Assembly: GCA_024704765.1 (NCBI GenBank) | Contig: JAKMXF010000077.1 | Coordinates: 449,220-513,219 of the forward strand | Reading direction: 5' to 3' | DNA: 64,000 nucleotides | Source: Oopsacas minuta | Taxonomy: Eukaryota; Animalia; Porifera | In this document: positions 13,252 to 27,300 of the stretch, piece after piece | How positions within the stretch are numbered: the stretch's first letter is position 1 | Layout: each line of letters starts with the position of its first letter | Position numbers and translations under genes: made by a program | The notes under the pieces: model-generated | Database searches by the model: none | Told to the model about the DNA's origin: nothing | What the model saw: only the letters and a program-made list of their open reading frames with translations

Positions 13252-16200
13252 TACGTCAAAAATTAAAACAATCATTACATCCCAGCTTCTCCGTAAATTG
13301 CAAATTCGGTTATTTCACAATTCAAATTTTAGTCAATCATGAATTTTTTGAATATATTAGGGATAAGTAGGATACTATGAAATTTTGATTGTGGGAAGCA
13401 TTTTCCATAAATCTGAGAGTCAGGTTACTAATCTGCTTGCTATGATAACGTTGCAGATTGCGGCTTTGAAAGCTCAGAGTAACTGTATGACACAGCAATA
13501 TCCAAATTTACTCTAGTATAGCCGATTACGGCCAAGTCTTAAGTTATTAAAGAAAAGGAACCCTCAATTATACCACTTCGTTATACCAATTCCAGCAGCA
13601 TAAAAGGACATTTTAGCAACTTTTGACGCCATATAATCACATATTTCTCGGAAGTATTCGATTAATTCAACAAATTATATTGTCAATATGTATATATTAT
13701 ACGATTAACAAAAGGAACTAGAATAAAATCCAGGCCCAATATAAATATTACTTCTAAAACAATTATATTTAGTCAAAGAAGTATGGTCCTGGAAATAATA
13801 TTTATTGTAGGTCACAAGTGTTTTGAAATGTCATAGGATCCTATGGTCCTGGATAAAATTTCCCAATGTATGTATGTATGTGGGACAATCCATGTGAAAT
13901 TTATATCCACGCGCCAATTCACTTAGAAAAGGCCATAGAGTTTGAAGGTTTATTGACTTGATTTAGTATATCGCTGTGTAGGAATATGATACCATCTCTC
14001 CAGACTTAATTTTGAATTTTGAATTTCGATTTTGAAGGGTCCAACATGTTCTAATCCTGGGATAATTTGAACCATATATACCAAACATAATTAATAGGGA
14101 TTTAGTTGTTTCAATATTTGGTAATTATATACTTTTGATATCATAAATGCAAAGAATCAGTATTGCAAGTTGTTGCACCAATATTTCTGCCATGATTACG
14201 ATACAAAATAGTAAAAGCAAAAAAAACACTAAATTTCCATTAAGTTAGTGTGGCAGAAGAGCGCACCGATACCTTATTCCCTTCATCCTGCGAAACTTTG
14301 AAACGGGGTGTGTATGCCCCGGAATTGTCATCCCTATCATAACTTATTATAGCCATGTTAGCTAATATTTCACAAAATTTCGTCGTTGGGAAAATTCACA
14401 TTTTCAAGATATATTAAATTGTATGATTGACATGCTCTCCACTTCCTGCTAAAAAATGATTTACGGTTCTATTCAATTCCAAAATATTCATTTGATTCTA
14501 GATATCGCATATATTCCTCTTCCCATAGCTTCTTGAAGGTAGATTGAACAGGTCAGGGTAGTCAATGAATTTCTGGACCACACCTTGGACTAATAGGGTA
14601 GGGATGAAACTTTTCAATTTTCGACGTGTTCTCGGAGAACTCATTGAGTATTTGAAAACTATTAGGTATATTCAATCTGAGAAGTAATAATGATTCGTGA
14701 TGATAGGAAAGATGGAATTAAGATGTCATATACATACACTGTATTTATCATGCCCTAATGATATAATGGAGATCATTTGACAAGACACAAAATTATGAAT
14801 ACTGTAGTTTCTCCTATTCTTTATTGGACATAACAATTGGATAAAGGGTGCATTGAGGGTTAGTCCGGTGTATCCTTGTACCAAATCCTCAACGACATAT
14901 CTGTCTCAGCTGAGTAAAGCTACATAATAAATGCATCTTATTTATACTATTCCTTTAAAGTGCTCAAGTAGCTTGATTAGGCCTTAGTTACATATGAGAG
15001 GGATTAAGTTTATCAAAGTATTGGACTAATAGATCGAAATATTATTGAACATAAGTTGTTTGAGTAACTAAAGCTTTTCTGTCAGTTGATTGCCCTTAAG
15101 TAATTATTGCCCCATGGTGAAGAACTCTTGCAATACTGAACGAATCCTTGATCCCAGGCAGTCATAAAGCGGTTGAACTTACCATCCTCATGAAAGTCTT
15201 AGTATCTCTGAATATTTATAATGCATTTCTTGGAGAAATAAAGTGAAGTGAAGTGAATCCAATGTACTACCGGTATACATAACAGATAAAGAAATGTGCA
15301 TTAGATAAATTATAAGTTTACCAATTTCTTAGCAATTAGACATTACAGAATTTAGAAACAATATGTGAATACAATTTAGGAAATTTGCATGTCTGTTGTT
15401 GTGAAAATAACAAATTTCGAAAACACATAATGAATATGTGGATAGTTCATAACACGTATATTCCAGTTCATCAGCCTTGACACATTTCTACTCTACAAAA
15501 TTGGATCATATATTGACAATGATTGTGAAGCTGATATTGCGGTTTTGGTAGGCCATACTCAGAGTTAACGAGTATATCAGTGATTAGCGAAGACAATTTT
15601 GTATAGTAATCACAGTAAAAACTTGGGTCCAACAACTTTCAAATACTAACTTGTTATATGTATTATGTCAAAAATATATGAACATACTTATTTAATATAT
15701 AACATCAGACAAAATAGTGGAAGTGATCCAAAGATTTTGGCGACTTTAGCACCAAATTTAGAAATTTCAAAATAAAGTCTTAAACAGATGACAATATCTT
15801 TCTATCTGATATTTCTACACAGTAATATTTAAGACACATTCAATCATTTCAAACTTGATTGACTGTGAATTGCTACAGCGGCTTTAAATTTCAGGTTAAA
15901 TGCACCATATCTAAGGATATATGTTTTAGAGATCATTAATTCCCAATTGGGTTGAAAACAGAGATTGCTTACAACGAACTATATTCCGTATATGGTTCTC
16001 ACTCAGCAAATGAAATTTGCTGAATTAGTTTATTAATGCTTCTAGTTATGATTATACTAAATTTACTAAATTAGGGTTTCCACCCAAATTTTCTCAAGAA
16101 ATAATTAAATCATGACTATCGCTCTGAAAATTTGGATTTGAGTACTTTGGATGGAGTTTCTATTCGGCAAATAATAATGTATACGGACACTAAATCTGGT

Positions 16201-16539
16201 TGAAAATATTATTGAAACTAGTTATCATCTTGGTCGAACCGATATGTTATATTTTGAAGTGATTTTACCCAATATTTACTAAACAGTACAATATTTGTTA
16301 CCAAAGTTATCATCATCCGATATATAACAAATCAAAGGTTTTCTGATCTCTAGTAATGATAATGCTACAATTTCACCAAATATGGATGAAAACCGGATAG
16401 AAACAATAGGTATACAAACTCATTACAAATTCTATGGCGGTAGCAGTTAATCTATAGATTCCATTGTAAATTTTCATATAAAGTAAGATAAAATTATTTA
16501 GTAATCGATATGTGCCTATAATAACCTAGGGGTAACTTT

Positions 16540-16716
16540 GGCCAATTGGGTTTATTTTAGCCCAAATATTGAAGTTTTCAAGAAATTTCGATCTGATTCA
16601 GCATAAATCTATAAAAAAGCAGGCAATTTCCCATAAAACATTGATATTAACTTGGTCTATTTGAAAAGAATATCAAGAGTACTTCAATATTGGAGGTGAA
16701 GAAAACCCATTGGGCT
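16540..16716. repeat. Small decayed MITE-like inverted repeat
   Basis: 16540-16575 matches the reverse complement of 16681-16716 at 27 of 36 positions, including an 11-bp perfect run aatattgaagt. Confidence 0.45.
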
Positions 16717-16754
16717 AGCTAGTCAAGTTTACTGTGTGTACATGAATATGTACA

Positions 16755-16778
16755 CTAGCGCGCTACGTTTGCTAGGTC
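16755..16778 (-). repeat. Helitron-like 3' terminus (hairpin plus CTAG, followed by T)
   Basis: Reverse complement gacctagcaaacgtagcgcgctag|t; 23/24 identical to 63086-63109 (+); a weaker copy lies at 54016-54038. Confidence 0.5.
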
Positions 16779-17193
16779 GGTGTGCGACGGGCGGCAGTAC
16801 CCTTGTGTTTTGTCACTTGTTTTAGTATATAATTGTAACAGCTATATTTGTCAGTGCTCATGGGTTGCTAAGCGACGGGAAATACCTAAACTAGTGCCTA
16901 GTAAATTTGCTGACAAATTCCACTTAATGTCATTCGGTGATAATACTGGAAGTCGAACGTGGATTTTGGTTAGTGCTCTCGGAACTTCGATGAAGTTATA
17001 ATTTCGTCATAGGTATGAACTCTCGTCCAAGACACACATTTGTCCGATACGTGGGCAAAATACCCCTCTATCCCAAAATCAGCGCTGGCGGTATTCTTGA
17101 TTCTTCAATTAATTCCGAACATATAATCATATCTAAACACATGTGTATATATATACACGCATAGACTATACTCCTTTTCATAGTATTGATATA

Positions 17194-17931
17194 CAGTGGA
17201 AGCCGCTTAATCGGGATATCCGCTTAAACGGGACAATGGTTTGGGAACAGATATTTACATAGAAAAATCGTCGGATAATTGGAACATTGAATCGGTTATT
17301 CGGGATTTTTTATCCCGATTACCCGAATATTTGAAATTTCATAATCGGTTATTTAGGATTTCTTATCCCGATTAACCTGATATGTTTTATATTCGCTTAA
17401 TTTAGATTTCTATCCCAATTTTACGATTCTACATTTATTCAGAATAATTGTAAAAATGGTTTGTTCTAAAACTATGAATTTGAATATTATCTACAACCAT
17501 AACAATACAACACCGATGCGATTACCATTTACAATACTAAGATTATTAACATTACTCACTCGCCTCAGTTTCCATTGGCTATTCCACCGTGTATAATTCC
17601 CTCAATAGTGACCACACTGTTGGATATCCAAACGTTTTGCATAGGTTGTAGTAATAAGCACATGTTATATTATTTAAATTTTATTTTCTTACTTTCTAAG
17701 TATATAGCGTAATGCATTTTATGACCTCTTGAACCGGAACTATACCCATACTACAACCAAATCTCTAGTAGATCCTAGATAAATCAGGATTAGTAGTATA
17801 GAAATAAGATATATCTGGTCATGTGACAATGAAAAACTAATTTTGAATACTTAAATAATCATAATCGGGTATTCGGTTAATCGGGACAAAACATTGACTC
17901 CCGAACTGTCCCGATTAAGCGGCTTCCACTG
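17194..17931. mobile_element. pogo/Tigger-type MITE, 738 bp
   Basis: Perfect 23-bp TIRs CAGTGGAAGCCGCTTAATCGGGA (17194-17216) and its reverse complement (17909-17931), TA on both flanks, no coding capacity, internal atcgggat/atcccgat repeats; second copy at 31846-32327. Confidence 0.92.
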
Positions 17932-18454
17932 TATATACCTAGCCAACACCCTGTAGTAATTACTAAGGCACAATAATATGCATAAAATGTATATGGTAAC
18001 TACAAGAGGGACGGATATACAGTGGTCCGGTAATCCTGAAGATATCTACCAAATTGGTTTGGGTGAATCTAACTATCCATAAAAACAGTACTAACAGCAC
18101 CAAATGCCGGATCGGTGCCACAGCCCTGATAGCATAGTCGGTAGATTTTAAACTCGGAATGTGTAAAGGTGATCACCTTAGTTCAAAAATATACTACAAA
18201 GCAGAATATACAAGCTAATCCATTCATCACAGCAAAATATCAAGAAATATATACTCACAAACCTTTTCAGTTTCTCTTAACTTGGTCAACATAATTATGA
18301 TCATGATCCCTTGTTGCCATATTAGCCTCCACATATCACCAATCGTGTTATTTAAGGGGCCTAAATAATATATATATATTGTATATATTATAAAAGAACA
18401 AAAAAGTGAAACAATATTTTCAATGAAAATTCAAACAAATATGTATTTCGGGGT

Positions 18455-18540
18455 GCAACAGCACAGTGGCGTAGCCAGAGCAAGCTTAGTAATACCTAAA
18501 TACTCTAGAATCACGGGAGTGAATCCAACCTGAGGTAATG
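18455..18540 (+). repeat. Possible decayed tRNA-derived SINE head
   Basis: A-box-like tggcgtagccag followed about 35 bp later by a degenerate B-box-like gggagtgaatcc; no cloverleaf. Confidence 0.25.
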
Positions 18541-19439
18541 CTACCAAAAAGTCAAACAAGTCTTGATCTTTTGGAAAGCGGTGTAGGTCAAATTTTTAAT
18601 AGCAATTATGGTTCCATTAAAAGAATATTAATCGAAATTAAAAGACAGTTCCTATATATTCGGATGACTTAATTTTGCCTCCTAAAGCATAAGAATATGT
18701 TGAAATATATATAACTTGCGAATATCGACAAATGATGAATCTTTGTTCTTACAAAGGTGAAGATAATTCACAGACCGCATTCAATATTAGTATTCACAAT
18801 TTCTCACTCCTGGTCACTCTTTGATCACTCTACATTCCTGGCTAAACACTTTGCGATTTTGAAAATGTCTATGAACAAAAAATATGTACATCGTTGAGGA
18901 TGTTACTCTAACTAGGTGTTGATATTTGGAAACCCAAATTGAAACTTATGTATCATCAAATGAAATTGAAATATACTTAATTATTATATTTCGAAATATT
19001 GTGAAGTAATGACATAATGCAATTTTCTAAACATATACGTAAGGTCCATTGATAATTTCTGTTTCAAACAAAGGTATTAATAGAATTTAGAATATTATAG
19101 TTTTAATCATAAATATATTTCACTAGAAAATAATAATTTCATATAATTTTCATAACTACCTACGCCCTTATTCTGGATATTTTAGAGGTTTGACACACAA
19201 TTCGCTTTCGATAATCGGGGCAAACTTCCAATCAGGGCCGTATATCATTTCTTAATACATCCACTTACACTGATTATATACAAGGAATCAATAATTGTGC
19301 ATATAAATAAACTTGTTGCATGGTGTAAATGATCATAATGTTAGGTTGTTTATATATATCTGGGTATATGACACCCAACAACACTCCAAATTACCCTAGC
19401 AGAAAGAAATTGAGCGAAATAATATTTCACAATGTCCTA

Positions 19440-19847
19440 GTGTACAACCATAACATTCTACTGGCAGGTATGATTCCATGAATCTATTTTTCTTCGTAAA
19501 GGGAAAGACTCCCAGCACATTCGCTGCAATTAAAGGTCAAAATACTTCTGCAAAGATGCCAACATCAAGAATTCACATGCAAGTTCGTTGGTGTATTTCT
19601 CTTAACTCATAAACATAAATGGCAACACAAGTTTGGAACGTGGCGTTGGTGGAATCAGAAATTTAGCAATGCAGCCTCTGCGTGTGAGTGCCTTTATGTA
19701 TTTGCGATTCTTTGCTTTAGGTGGTTTCGGGCAAAACGATATTGACAGGTCTTGCACATCTGTAAGAGATGGAGTACAAGTTGTATACCTATTACCATAG
19801 AAGCGACGTTTTCGAGGGCGTCCCATGCATTTATCAACTGAAGACAA
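19440..19847 (-). pseudogene. N-terminal remnant of an animal 'Mutator-like transposase' domain protein
   Basis: MGRPRKRRFYGNRYT start motif, and after frameshift ILTFNCSECAGSLSLYEEK*IHG (CxxC), as recalled from invertebrate Mutator-like/Kolobok-type transposases; no DDE core or termini found. Confidence 0.45.
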
Positions 19848-21189
19848 TCTTGTTCTTGAGATGTTGTATGAGACAATCTAAGTGAGGTGAATGCTTGGGA
19901 AATCCGTGGAGAATTTGGACTAAATGCTGTCTGAGAGGTAGATTCGGATTAAGGAGGACAAAAAGGTAAGAATCTATCTAGAAGAGGTACAGGTGGTGAT
20001 TTATAGGTTATAGCCTCTGAAACTGAAACATTTGATGAGTCTAAGAACTCACCCTGCTCTCTGAGGATATGCTCGTCATAACCGGAACTTTATTCATTTA
20101 AGTTATCTGAGAGAATACAAATTATCTAAATTTACTTGAAGATAATATGATCAAACGCTTGTACACATTATGGATATATCTGGCGAAAATATTCAATATT
20201 AGCAATTTCGAGGAATGCCTAAAATATTCACAATTTCCTTATATCCTCAAAGGCCATAGTTTTGGTCCATATTTTATGCTTTAATAAGCAAAAAGGTTAT
20301 CACTGCCCTAAGATGTTGTCTCAGAGGATCAATTTCCTACATCGCTAGTATTCCGCACAGAACCGAGGATCTCCAAAACGCTAGCCTACCTAAAACGTTG
20401 GTGTACATGAGGTGCTGGCCCATAACCAAGAAACTTCATCCCTCTCCATCGCCATATCACTGGTGTTTAGGGGTGCGGATCACTAATTCATTATGTTCCT
20501 AAAGGGTTTAGTGAGATAGGCATGCTTCGAGGACCTCTAGTTTATTTTCGAACTCATAGGGCTAATACAGAATTATAGTTATAAGGTTACTCAATTGTAT
20601 GCTGCTCGAAACCGAACAGTACGATCATACCTACACGCTTCAGAATTTCGGATTGACGCAAGATACAGAGACAAAGAATGAGGTTGGCACCGAAACAAAT
20701 CGAGCACATACTGCTAAAAGTCTAATCCAAAAGTATGAATGAGCAACCAACGACCTCCACCCATGTAGAGTAGCTATGGTAGCCCCATACTTCGGTATTG
20801 GTGTTTGGTAATTAGCAAGCCTGGAGAGCGTTCGTCAAAAGTGCTAACAGCTACACAGTATATAATAACAACAATTAATAATAACAATTAACAATCACTA
20901 TATATATATATTTCTGAAAACACTTGAAAGAATACTAGTGGGTGGATAAGAATAAGGAAATTTCGCAAATACGATTATATTAGTAAATTACAATAACATG
21001 TGGAATACATATCTAAAAACCTTTGGCTAGTCGCTTTGCGATGAACTTAGCGTATTGTGACTCGAGGTATCCATTATTCTCCAAAATTGAATATGTAAAA
21101 TTCGGATTCAGTGTACCATGTTACTCCTAGGTAGCCGTTTAGATCAAGCCTATTCATAAAAACAGAAATATATTTAGATATTAATAGTA

Positions 21190-21250
21190 TCTATATCATA
21201 AAATCTCAATTGTTATCTGTTTATCTGTTTATCTATTTGTTTGTTTGTCA
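21190..21250 (+). repeat. Helitron/HINE-like 5' end with (TTTG/TCTG)n microsatellite
   Basis: a|TCTATATCATAAAATC...tgttatctgtttatctgtttatctatttgtttgtttgtc: A|TC start followed by short tandem repeats, the usual layout of non-autonomous Helitron 5' ends. Confidence 0.4.
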
Positions 21251-23499
21251 GTTGTCAAGGAAAGGATTTGCAGTATGCAATCTTAAAATTGTCACATAAC
21301 TATGTATTTATCGTGATAATCAAGGAAATACATAGAATTAACTACAACTTCAGTAAAAATATCGAACATGCTGAATCCGTTCTTCACACTTTTGGATATA
21401 TATATAATTATATTGTTGTTAATGAAATAAAGTAAACAAAGCAGCCAAATCTCAAATTATAGGTACAGGCTTATTCTAAACGGCTACCCAGGGGTAATTA
21501 CTCACGCTGAAACTGATTTTCGAATTGTTTGGTTCCTAATAAGCAAAATTGTTATTGTTCTTATGAATATTAAGTAAACAAATAGTTAAAATCAAAAATA
21601 TACGCCACTCTATTTATTGGTCCGCCTGGTTACATATTCTAGGGCAATTTTTCTGTACTTACAAGCATGACGTCCTAAATATACGGTTGTATTTGTTCCG
21701 ACTAGGCTTGAATACAATAAGACGTACAGGAAGTGATTTTCGTACCACATATCTTGAGAATTATATATGATAGAGCTTGGATATGTATTTATGACATATA
21801 CGAACATGGTATCGAAATATGGATTACAATTGTTTAAAATGCGATTTCTCATCATGTTGTTTCACAAAATCTATCTTAGAACGAAAAATGCGCATTTCAA
21901 ACTATGTTTAAACCGGTGTTTTTAGGGTTTGACAGTTCTAATTAATGACAGAGGCGAATGTTATATTTGAAAATTATTGTTGATATGAATGGAATGTTAA
22001 CACATTATTGTATTGCTAGAGGAACCTGTTAAAATTTTGAAGTCATAACTCAGAAAATATGAATAGTACGGTTCTCAACTTTATACCAATAGTTCCATAA
22101 TAGTCAACTTCCTATCAATTAATAATATACTTCATTATATTTCAGTTGATATTTGAGATATTTTGACGTTTCTCATATATATATAACTACCATCTATATA
22201 ATACCCCAAAAAGTAGGAACAAAACGCAGATGATTTACAATATTAGCGAATAAGAAGTTGACTATTACAGAACTACTGGTATGCATTTTAGAGCCATAGC
22301 ACTCATAGCCTTAGAGTTACAGCACAAACAAATGAAAACAGCATCCCTTAGCAACACAGGAATGTGTTCACATTCCATTCACATCAACTATTGTTTTCTA
22401 ATATACTATTCGCCTCTGTCATTATATCGAACTGTCAAGCACTAAAACACTGGGAGCATGTTTTATACATAGTTGAAAATCAAAAAATAGCTCTTGCGAA
22501 ACCACATGATGAGAAATCAAATTCCACAATTGAAATGCACACTTCATTATGGTATCACTATATGTCATGAATACATACTTCTGCTCTAATAATATATTTC
22601 TGGACATATATGATAAAAAGGCATTTCCTGTAGGCCTCCTCGTTTTCAAGCCTTCTCGGTGACATATACAGTATTATATTTAAGTAGGCCGTAGGCCATG
22701 CTGAGCCATTTAGTATGTTACTTAGATCACGGGACCCGAACATTCGGCTGCATAACAGGGAATAAAGGCATTTATGAAGAAAATATTATGTAGACCCATA
22801 ACCTTAGAACATGTAATTATTTGGAAGTTGGAATTTGGATAAGAATATAGAATATGAAACTGAACTAAAACTTTGAAGCTAAGTTTAAGAATTAACTATT
22901 GTGGAATATATTTAACTGTTTCTGAAAAGGACATGCAATATGTAGGCTGGTATCCAATTATTAATTTACAGATAATACCCTAAGCAAAGCAAGAAGCAAC
23001 TTAACGATGACTGCCAAAGAAGAAATCAAAGTATAAGTCTATAATTTAACAATTTTTTTGATATTTTGGCTGTTTTGGAGATCGTGCCTAATTACCTCTC
23101 TTAAAATGAAATTTGGAATGTAAAGTAAAGCGAGTAGAATTTAAGTATATTCATTCATTACTATAAAGTTATACCAGGGGATCCTTTATGCATGTTAATA
23201 CTGTTGCCAGGAAAATTTGAATATATAATGGCTATGATTTTTTCTTTGATGACTATTGAAAGCTACTGTAATATTCTTATTTTCGACATTTCGTATAAAT
23301 TGGACATTGAAGCACAAATATATGCTTAATAATGATCAATAGATATGCGTTATTATAAATTTCTTAAGCGCTACTAATAGATTGTGATTACGTCACTTTT
23401 ATTAGAATCCTTAACATCGTTATGATATCCTGTTATTACAATTGCGTGGAGATGTATCAGTGGAAACTCGGATTTATCGAAAATTTCACACAGTTGGAA

Positions 23500-24769
23500 G
23501 AAGCTTTCTTAGGGATTCAAACTGATCCATTCATTGTTTTCATCCAAGATTAGATGGTCTTGAATTTTTGGAAGGTGATCAGTCTCATAGGTGTTACCAT
23601 TATGAATTGTATAATTCTATGACAAAATCCTGAGCTCCTGTTAGTGCTTTTCGCACATCGTCACAAATTCCAAACCCCAATGGATGTCAGAGAATCTTTA
23701 AGTTTTCAAAAAGGGGAAACAGTAACAAAATCATTAGCTCTGCTTAACAAACTATCAAATTTCAATAACATATTTCCAATTATCCTTGCGAAAGAAGTAT
23801 TCTCTCACATCGAGCATATAGCAATTATTTAACAAAACATAGATCTGATTGCAGAAAAAGCTTCAACATGAATTAAAACTCTGTCGCTCTTTTTGGGAGC
23901 CAAAGGACAGATCCAAAATATGAAGATAAATTCCTCTTATGTCAGATAGAAAGCGAAAAATTACATTGTGATCCGCCAACAATACTTCGTTCTTTTGCAC
24001 GATAATTCAATCACATTTTACATCCGAAATACAATTTCAAGATGCAATACTTTGAAGTTTGGATACTTTGTTATCGTCTATCAGTCAAAGGTTTAACAAA
24101 AAAGCTACGAAAAAGTTATCAATTATTTAAACAAATCTGACTGATCTCTACTGCAAAAGGGTTGTTTAGATGAAATAGAATTCGAGAAGATAAAGAATAC
24201 ATGCAATAAAGACATTAATATACAAAATTAGTTGCAGAATACAATTATTATAACACTCAAGAGCATATCTAAAGGAAGGAGAAGAAAGGACAACGCTGCA
24301 AATATCAAAAATTTCAACTGTTTGCGAAAGAATGAACAAGATACCTGGAAGTGAAAAGATGTTCAGTGAAATAATGTTATTGAAACTAAATTTAGTAATA
24401 CCCACGACAAGTTACACTTCTGTAAGGTCGTTTTCAGGATTGAAAGCAATAAAGAATTTATCAGAGAGCAACAATGAGACAAAAACAATTGAATAATTTG
24501 CTGACAATATATATATAAACAATTGGAAAATGTTTTAAATGTTGAAGCTAATGGGAAGAATTCATTATGAACTGTAGAATAACAAACGTTCAAAGTATTT
24601 TGGGAAAAATTAAAGTTTCATTATGTGTCCATTGAGATATTAAACATATTTAGTTGCGCTGTACGGGGATATGTATATGTAAATATCAAGACTATGACAA
24701 GGTGTGAAATAAATATAACCAATAAGAAATAATTGTGCCCCCAATCTTGAAATTGTTTAACCACCGCTG
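23500..24769 (+). mobile_element. Decayed hAT transposon (ZMYM1-like transposase), 3' part
   Basis: About 24370-24612 reads LLKLNLVIPTTSYTSVRSFSGLKAIKN then, after a frameshift, RATMRQKQLNNLLTIYI, matching the hAT C-terminal dimerisation motif; candidate terminus ...ttaaccaccgctg at 24769. Left boundary approximate. Confidence 0.7.
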
Positions 24770-25254
24770 ATCTCACAACAGGACAATTTAATTTCTATAA
24801 CTCATGGGTTGCTAAAATCAGTTTACAAGGATCTGCAGAGAAGATTAAACTTCTCTTATTTATAAAACATCTTCAACTTGGTACCCTAATCCAAATAGTT
24901 TGATATTTATGTGCACTGTGTGTCTATGAATTTTGAAATATAATCATGACTATTGGATTCCTACAAATACATTAATCGTTTGGAAAGTTAGAAAGGTATT
25001 TTTGGATAAGAGTTAAGTAAACTCCATTTTAAATGAATGATGCTACGAGGGAGCTTAGCGAGCGAGTGAAAATAGAGGGTTTCGAGCGAAGTAGACATTT
25101 GCTCACTCTATTAGGCTCAAGAATTACAAAGTTAAAATGAAGAAGCAACGATAAATTGCAAATTTATACTACATACCCAACTTCCAATAACCTGATACTA
25201 AATATAGATGTGAAAATTCTGAAGACTACTGCGCAATCTTGAAAATGAACATAT

Positions 25255-25350
25255 ATGGACATATTCAGGATTACGTCACAATGGTACGAGATATCACATC
25301 AAAAAGTATTATCAGGGCATGGAGAGTTGGATATGTATTATATAATGGCA
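25255..25350 (+). repeat. Dispersed repeat copy (second copy about 37708-37800)
   Basis: gattacgtcacaatggtacgagatatcacatcaaaa versus gattgcgtcacaatggttagagaaattgtatcaaaa; family unknown. Confidence 0.5.
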
Positions 25351-26989
25351 ATCTTGATATTAAGGGAATTGTAACAATTATTGAGTTAAAAGTGAGTATT
25401 AATATAGAAGTGCAATTTCAGCTACTTTGCCATAACTATTTTGATATTTTATGTTTCATAGCCTTAGAATTTTCCAAACATATCAGCATATTAGGCAATA
25501 AGATAACGTCTTTTTAACCTCAAAATAATTTCTAGATGTGAAATTTCTGATTCTACACATCATAATTTTAAAGCTCGGTGATAGCTTGGGTGTATTTGTG
25601 TTTATTATGTGATATTGACTTTGAAATAACCAGAATGCACTTCATTTATTCATGGTCCAGAAAGTAATTGTATTCTCCAGTCTTTATATAACGTAGTTTA
25701 CGATTTGAATGAATAAATTACGAAAAAATAAAATTTCATAAAATAAATCAAGGAATTGTTCAATTTCTAATATGAATATAGTTGACAGTACTTCCTTCAC
25801 GTGAGAAAGGATTTCTAATGGAAACATAATATTATGTATCTCCAGTCATGTCATTTAAGTAATTGCGTAATTGCAACCAGATCTACTAAAATTGGAGTAA
25901 TAATATCTCATAGATCACCTTTTCTGAGTTCACTTTCGTTCCGATCTGTAAATATTCTTGAAGTTTCTGAACATCGAAGCATCCATTTCATAACCCCCAT
26001 TAATCCAACCCCTAATTTCTGATTTTCTTTCGATTCAAAATTATGGAGTTCAAATTGAGGAGTTAAATTGTTACGTTTCTCAAAGATATCGCAGGATAAT
26101 GCAGCAAAGGGAAGAGTTTAATGTGTCTCACTGATTCTAGAAGCAATTAATTTGTAGCTTCAAGAAAATATGTAGTTATTCTCGTAATTCAAAAAATCGA
26201 GAAAGGACTCTACCCTAAAAGAGCTATCGGATTTCTGTATGCAAAGCTAATCGCGTTTGTTAAGCCCATATCTGTTTGCATACTGAAGAGAATAGCCTGG
26301 AGTTAAGCTCTCGATACAGTTGTATATAGTTGTGATACAGTTGCAAAGAACTCTCATTAACGTTCGGTATCTTTAAGATTAGTTGACGCTCTACATAAGT
26401 ACCATGTTATTGACCCATTCATTGATAATCGATGGAAGGTTGAATTTTAGGGATTTCAACTCTTGCATTCACCGAGCATTGCGATATATACTTTTACAGT
26501 ACAGGGTAGAACAAGTGACAAATTATTTATATTGTACATATGTTCTTACACTTAGCGCTTTCTGACTATTAACCTGCTTATTCAGGATAATTTTGTTTTA
26601 CTATAGAACAACTTCTTCTCTTGAAAAAACTCGATATTTTATCTTTGTATTCAAAATGAGGAGACTCTAAATGGATTCTCAGGATCCTCCGTTCCATTAG
26701 TACGTTGATTCTCAATTTTTTCGTTACAATTAATGTTTGGCCTTTGAGGAGCTATTTAATTGAAAAGATAATGAAAGTGTTCCTCAGGTGTGCCGTAGGC
26801 CCGAAGGAGCACTGTAAGGTTGTTGGGAAGGGTAATCTAGCAAGGGAGCGTTGGAGGGGCGCTAGGGCATTAGAAATCTAAACATTGATACTACAATCGC
26901 GTCAAAACAGAGATACTATATTTCAAAATACAAATTAATGATAGGGGGAGATCAATAATTCAAGGATCAAGCAATAGCAATAACTGTTG

Positions 26990-27300
26990 TGAATATGACT
27001 GTATTTATGACACCCTATTCATTGCGTGGTTCGCCAAGAGCACTTGAAGCAAAACATCCTAGTGATGACATGGGCAACTTATTGCATATACTCATGACTG
27101 GTATCAATTAATCAAAGGTACATAATTCAAGGAAAGAATATTTCTCTATTTTTGTTACGAAACGAAACAGAATTTAAAAATGTGCCTCTACAGAATGTGA
27201 CGGCCTTCAAAAGGAAGTTTGTGAAGTTAGTTCTACAATCCTTTCGACACAATTGTAGATGTTTTGATGAAGAGATCCTAGAGTAATACAGCTTGTCTGC
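26990..27300 (+). pseudogene. Possible pogo/Tigger DDE_1 remnant
   Basis: DTLFIAWF and VPLQNVTAFKRKFVKLVLQS resemble the LF.EWF and QPLDQGhI.AFK..YRK.hL motifs; weak. Confidence 0.3.

Noticed and set aside
15090-15200. SSSPWA resembling the gypsy RT start motif (minus strand)
   Set aside because: Not followed by KKDG/RFCVDYR-type sequence.
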